Notes under the pieces: model-generated
What the model saw: only the letters and a program-made list of their open reading frames with translations
What the model was told of the DNA's origin: nothing
Database searches by the model: none
Origin: Candidatus Latescibacterota bacterium
GTDB lineage: Bacteria; Latescibacterota; UBA2968; UBA8231
Reading direction: 5' to 3'
NCBI GenBank assembly: GCA_965248355.1
Contig: OZ252098.1
Location: 1,664,001-1,728,000, forward strand
Length of the DNA: 64,000 nucleotides
Part shown: positions 61,522 through 64,000 of the stretch, one piece after another
Layout of the letters: every line of letters starts with the position of its first letter
How positions within the stretch are numbered: position 1 is the first letter of the stretch
Program-made: the position numbers and the translations under genes

Positions 61522-64000
61522 ATGACCCTTTCTCACCTCGGCGAGCAGACCGAGACGGCCAGACGTCCCGGTCCCCCCGAGGCGAGACCCGAGCCGGCGG
61601 TCTCCCTCTCCCCGGTGGAGGATGTCGGCGCCTGGCGGGTGGTCTTCCGGGAAGGACTCTCGGGCGAGGCCTCGCCCGAAGCGGGCAACGGCCTCCAGAT
61701 TTCCTGCATCGGGGCGGGCGAAGTGGTCGTCACCACCCCGCGCCCCCTCCCCGTCCCCGCCGGTACGGCCGCCCTCCAGGTCTGGATCGATTCCCCCGGC
61801 CCCGGCGACGCGCAGGTTCCCGAGCTGTTCGTCCAGTTCGCCGGAGGCCAGGAAAGATCGGTGGGTAAGCTCGACTTCGCCGGCCGTCACCTGCTGCGCC
61901 GCACCCTGCCTTCCGGAACGAGCATCGCCGGGTTGACGATCCGCGGCCTCTTCCACCGCGAGAAGGTCGATCTGGCTCTCTCGGGCCTCGCCTTCGAGGC
62001 GGAGAGCACCGAGTCCCTCCCGCCGGCCCCCGCCAGGGAGCCCGCGTCGATGCTGCCGTCGACGGCCGAGGAGGTGACGAACTCGATCCAGAAGGACGGC
62101 ATCTCCTTCATCTTCGAGGCGCGATCCCTGTCGGCCGTGGTCCGCTATGTATACACCCCCATCGAGGGCAATCTCTCCGACATCGAGGTCGAGATCAACA
62201 ACGGCGACGCCATCAAGCTGGCGGAGGACGGGGGCATCAGCGTGTCCATGGAAGGGCGGGAATGGAGCCCCGAGGACGAGGAGATCGAACGCCACTTCGT
62301 CAGCTGCGAGCGGGTGGGAGACGCCGTCGAGGCGCGCTGGCAGTTTCGCCGGGGGAACGAGCTGGCCGATTTCCTGTACCGGATCCGCATCGGGGGCAAG
62401 TCCCTGCTCGTCGAGCTCGAAGGCGGCGGTGGAAAGGCCGCCGGCGTAGAACTCGGACACGTGGTGGGGGTGATCCATCCGCGCCTGATCCAGGTGCCCT
62501 ACTTCAATCTCGGAGACCGGCAGCCCACGGTGCTGTGCACCTCCGGGGTCTTCGTCAGCAGTTATCTCGACTGGTGCCAATCCCTGGCCTCGTCCCTGCA
62601 CGCCGCCCCCCGGCAGGCCGACCGGCTCATGCACCTGAACGGCGGTTGCCAGTACCTGGCGGCCTCCGATGGTCGTCGGGCCAACCTGCACGAGCGCTGG
62701 GTGCTGACGGTGTCGCGCCAGTTCGAGGAGGTCCTGCCGTCGAGCCCCCCCGGGGACCGGACCGATGCCCCGGCCCAGCTCTCTACCCGGTTCGTGTGGT
62801 GCCAGTTGCCGGAGATGGAAGCGGGTGAGGAGGCCTACGTCGAGGCCTACGAGCGCCTGCGCATGTACCGCCAGGTGGGACTGCGCGATCTCTTGGTGCT
62901 GCATCCCGAGTCGACCTGGCACGACGGCCTCGGGGGCAAGGCCATCGAGGCGGCAGGAGCCGAGGCCAAGGGCGGCGACGATGCCCTTCTGGAGTACCTC
63001 GAGGCGGTTCGCGAACTTGGGTACGAATACGCCATGAACGCCTCCTTCCGGCAGATCTCCCCCCTCGACGGGGCCTGGTCGGACGCCCCGGCCGCCCTCG
63101 ACGAATCGGGCGACTATACGGTGACCGGCCCGGGGCGCTACCTGCTGAAGCCGGACGGCGGCGCCCGGCTGGCGCCGGAACGCGTCGATCAGCTCGTCGA
63201 GCGCTACGGCGCTTCGGCCGTATACCTCACCGACCACGCTGCCGAGCCGCCGTGGGCCCGCCTCGACCGGGACGTTCGCCTCCAGGCCCCCTCGAGCTTC
63301 CGCCATACCTGGCTCAACGAGCAGGATCTGATGGCGGCCCTTGGCCGGCGGAATGTTCCCGTGGTGGTCGACGGGGGGAACCACTGGATGTACGATGGCC
63401 TGCTCTCCGGCGCGGTCGCCCGCCTGCGGACGGAGTCCCCCGCGCAGCAGCCCCTGCTCGTCGACTTCGCCCTGCGCCGGCTGCACGATGGCCAGATCGA
63501 CGCCGGGCTCGGCTCTCTGGAGGAGTTCTTCGCCCGGCCCATCCCCAAGGAGGAGCGCCACGCGCGCAGCTCCTGGTTCGACCGCTACCTGGCCGCGGTC
63601 ATCGCCTACGGCCACGCCGGGCTGCTTCCGGACCTTGAGCGGTGGGGCCTGCCCGCGGTGGCCAAGACCTATTACATGCTGCACGCCCTCCAGGGCCACT
63701 ACCTGGGGCTGAAGCCCGAATCCATCCACTACCAGCGCGGCGGCAATCTGCTCGAGACCACGGAGGCCCTGGTCGCCGGGGCGCACGAGTTGAGCCAGAT
63801 CCGGGTGGTCTTCGCCACCGGCCTGCACATCTACGTCAACTGCGCCCAGGAGGAGGAGTGGGTCATCGAGGTCGACGAGGCCACCTCCTACCGCCTGCCC
63901 CCGGCCTCCTTTCTCGCCCGGGGTCCCGGCGACCTGCTGGTCTACTCCGCCGACGCCGGCTCGGGGCGGATCGACTACGCCTCCTGTCCGGACTACCTCT
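61522..64000 (+). CDS. Large hypothetical protein (>826 aa, 3' partial), possibly with a GH129/GH101-like glycoside hydrolase fold
   Basis: Open frame from the ATG at 61522 to the window end, with host codon usage (MTLSHLGEQ...GGDDALLEYLEAVRELGYEY...VYLTDH...DGGNHWMY). Absent from the ORF track because it has no stop in the window. Confidence 0.8.
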   Translation, partial: MTLSHLGEQTETARRPGPPEARPEPAVSLSPVEDVGAWRVVFREGLSGEASPEAGNGLQISCIGAGEVVVTTPRPLPVPAGTAALQVWIDSPGPGDAQVPELFVQFAGGQERSVGKLDFAGRHLLRRTLPSGTSIAGLTIRGLFHREKVDLALSGLAFEAESTESLPPAPAREPASMLPSTAEEVTNSIQKDGISFIFEARSLSAVVRYVYTPIEGNLSDIEVEINNGDAIKLAEDGGISVSMEGREWSPEDEEIERHFVSCERVGDAVEARWQFRRGNELADFLYRIRIGGKSLLVELEGGGGKAAGVELGHVVGVIHPRLIQVPYFNLGDRQPTVLCTSGVFVSSYLDWCQSLASSLHAAPRQADRLMHLNGGCQYLAASDGRRANLHERWVLTVSRQFEEVLPSSPPGDRTDAPAQLSTRFVWCQLPEMEAGEEAYVEAYERLRMYRQVGLRDLLVLHPESTWHDGLGGKAIEAAGAEAKGGDDALLEYLEAVRELGYEYAMNASFRQISPLDGAWSDAPAALDESGDYTVTGPGRYLLKPDGGARLAPERVDQLVERYGASAVYLTDHAAEPPWARLDRDVRLQAPSSFRHTWLNEQDLMAALGRRNVPVVVDGGNHWMYDGLLSGAVARLRTESPAQQPLLVDFALRRLHDGQIDAGLGSLEEFFARPIPKEERHARSSWFDRYLAAVIAYGHAGLLPDLERWGLPAVAKTYYMLHALQGHYLGLKPESIHYQRGGNLLETTEALVAGAHELSQIRVVFATGLHIYVNCAQEEEWVIEVDEATSYRLPPASFLARGPGDLLVYSADAGSGRIDYASCPDYL

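Noticed and set aside
61390..63828. 812-aa minus-strand ORF
   Set aside because: Antisense shadow of the plus-strand ORF starting at 61522.

Overview
High-GC bacterial chromosomal segment. Two secreted proteins end in a 'PNPF...W-x-G/S-x-N/D-x-x-G-x-x-V/L-A-x-G-x-Y-L' FlgD/T9SS-type C-terminal domain, which suggests an FCB-group organism such as Latescibacterota (inference only). Most of the window is housekeeping and small-molecule metabolism: a heptose-pathway trio (GHMP kinase, gmhA, transaldolase), groES-groEL, folE/phhB/queE, a fused indolepyruvate oxidoreductase, ispG, argG, mdh, lepA-lepB-like-hemW-thrB plus polysaccharide export genes, tRNA-Lys and tRNA-Tyr. There are also many sugar/sugar-acid catabolic enzymes (Gfo/Idh/MocA, SDR, enolase superfamily, aldolases, two creatininase-family paralogues). 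An ~11 kb accessory region (27.2-38.6 kb) holds a giant 21-domain fibronectin type III protein gene hit twice by IS elements (IS256 in the CDS, IS630 between promoter and RBS). It is flanked by decayed SNF2, IS3 and sigma-54 activator remnants. Other notable signals are a signal peptidase I homologue lacking both catalytic residues, a consensus sigma-54 promoter and switch-like leader on groESL, several apparently leaderless genes, a probable CTG start, and a large ORF running off the right end that the ORF track does not list. All product calls come from motif recognition by eye; no database search was run.
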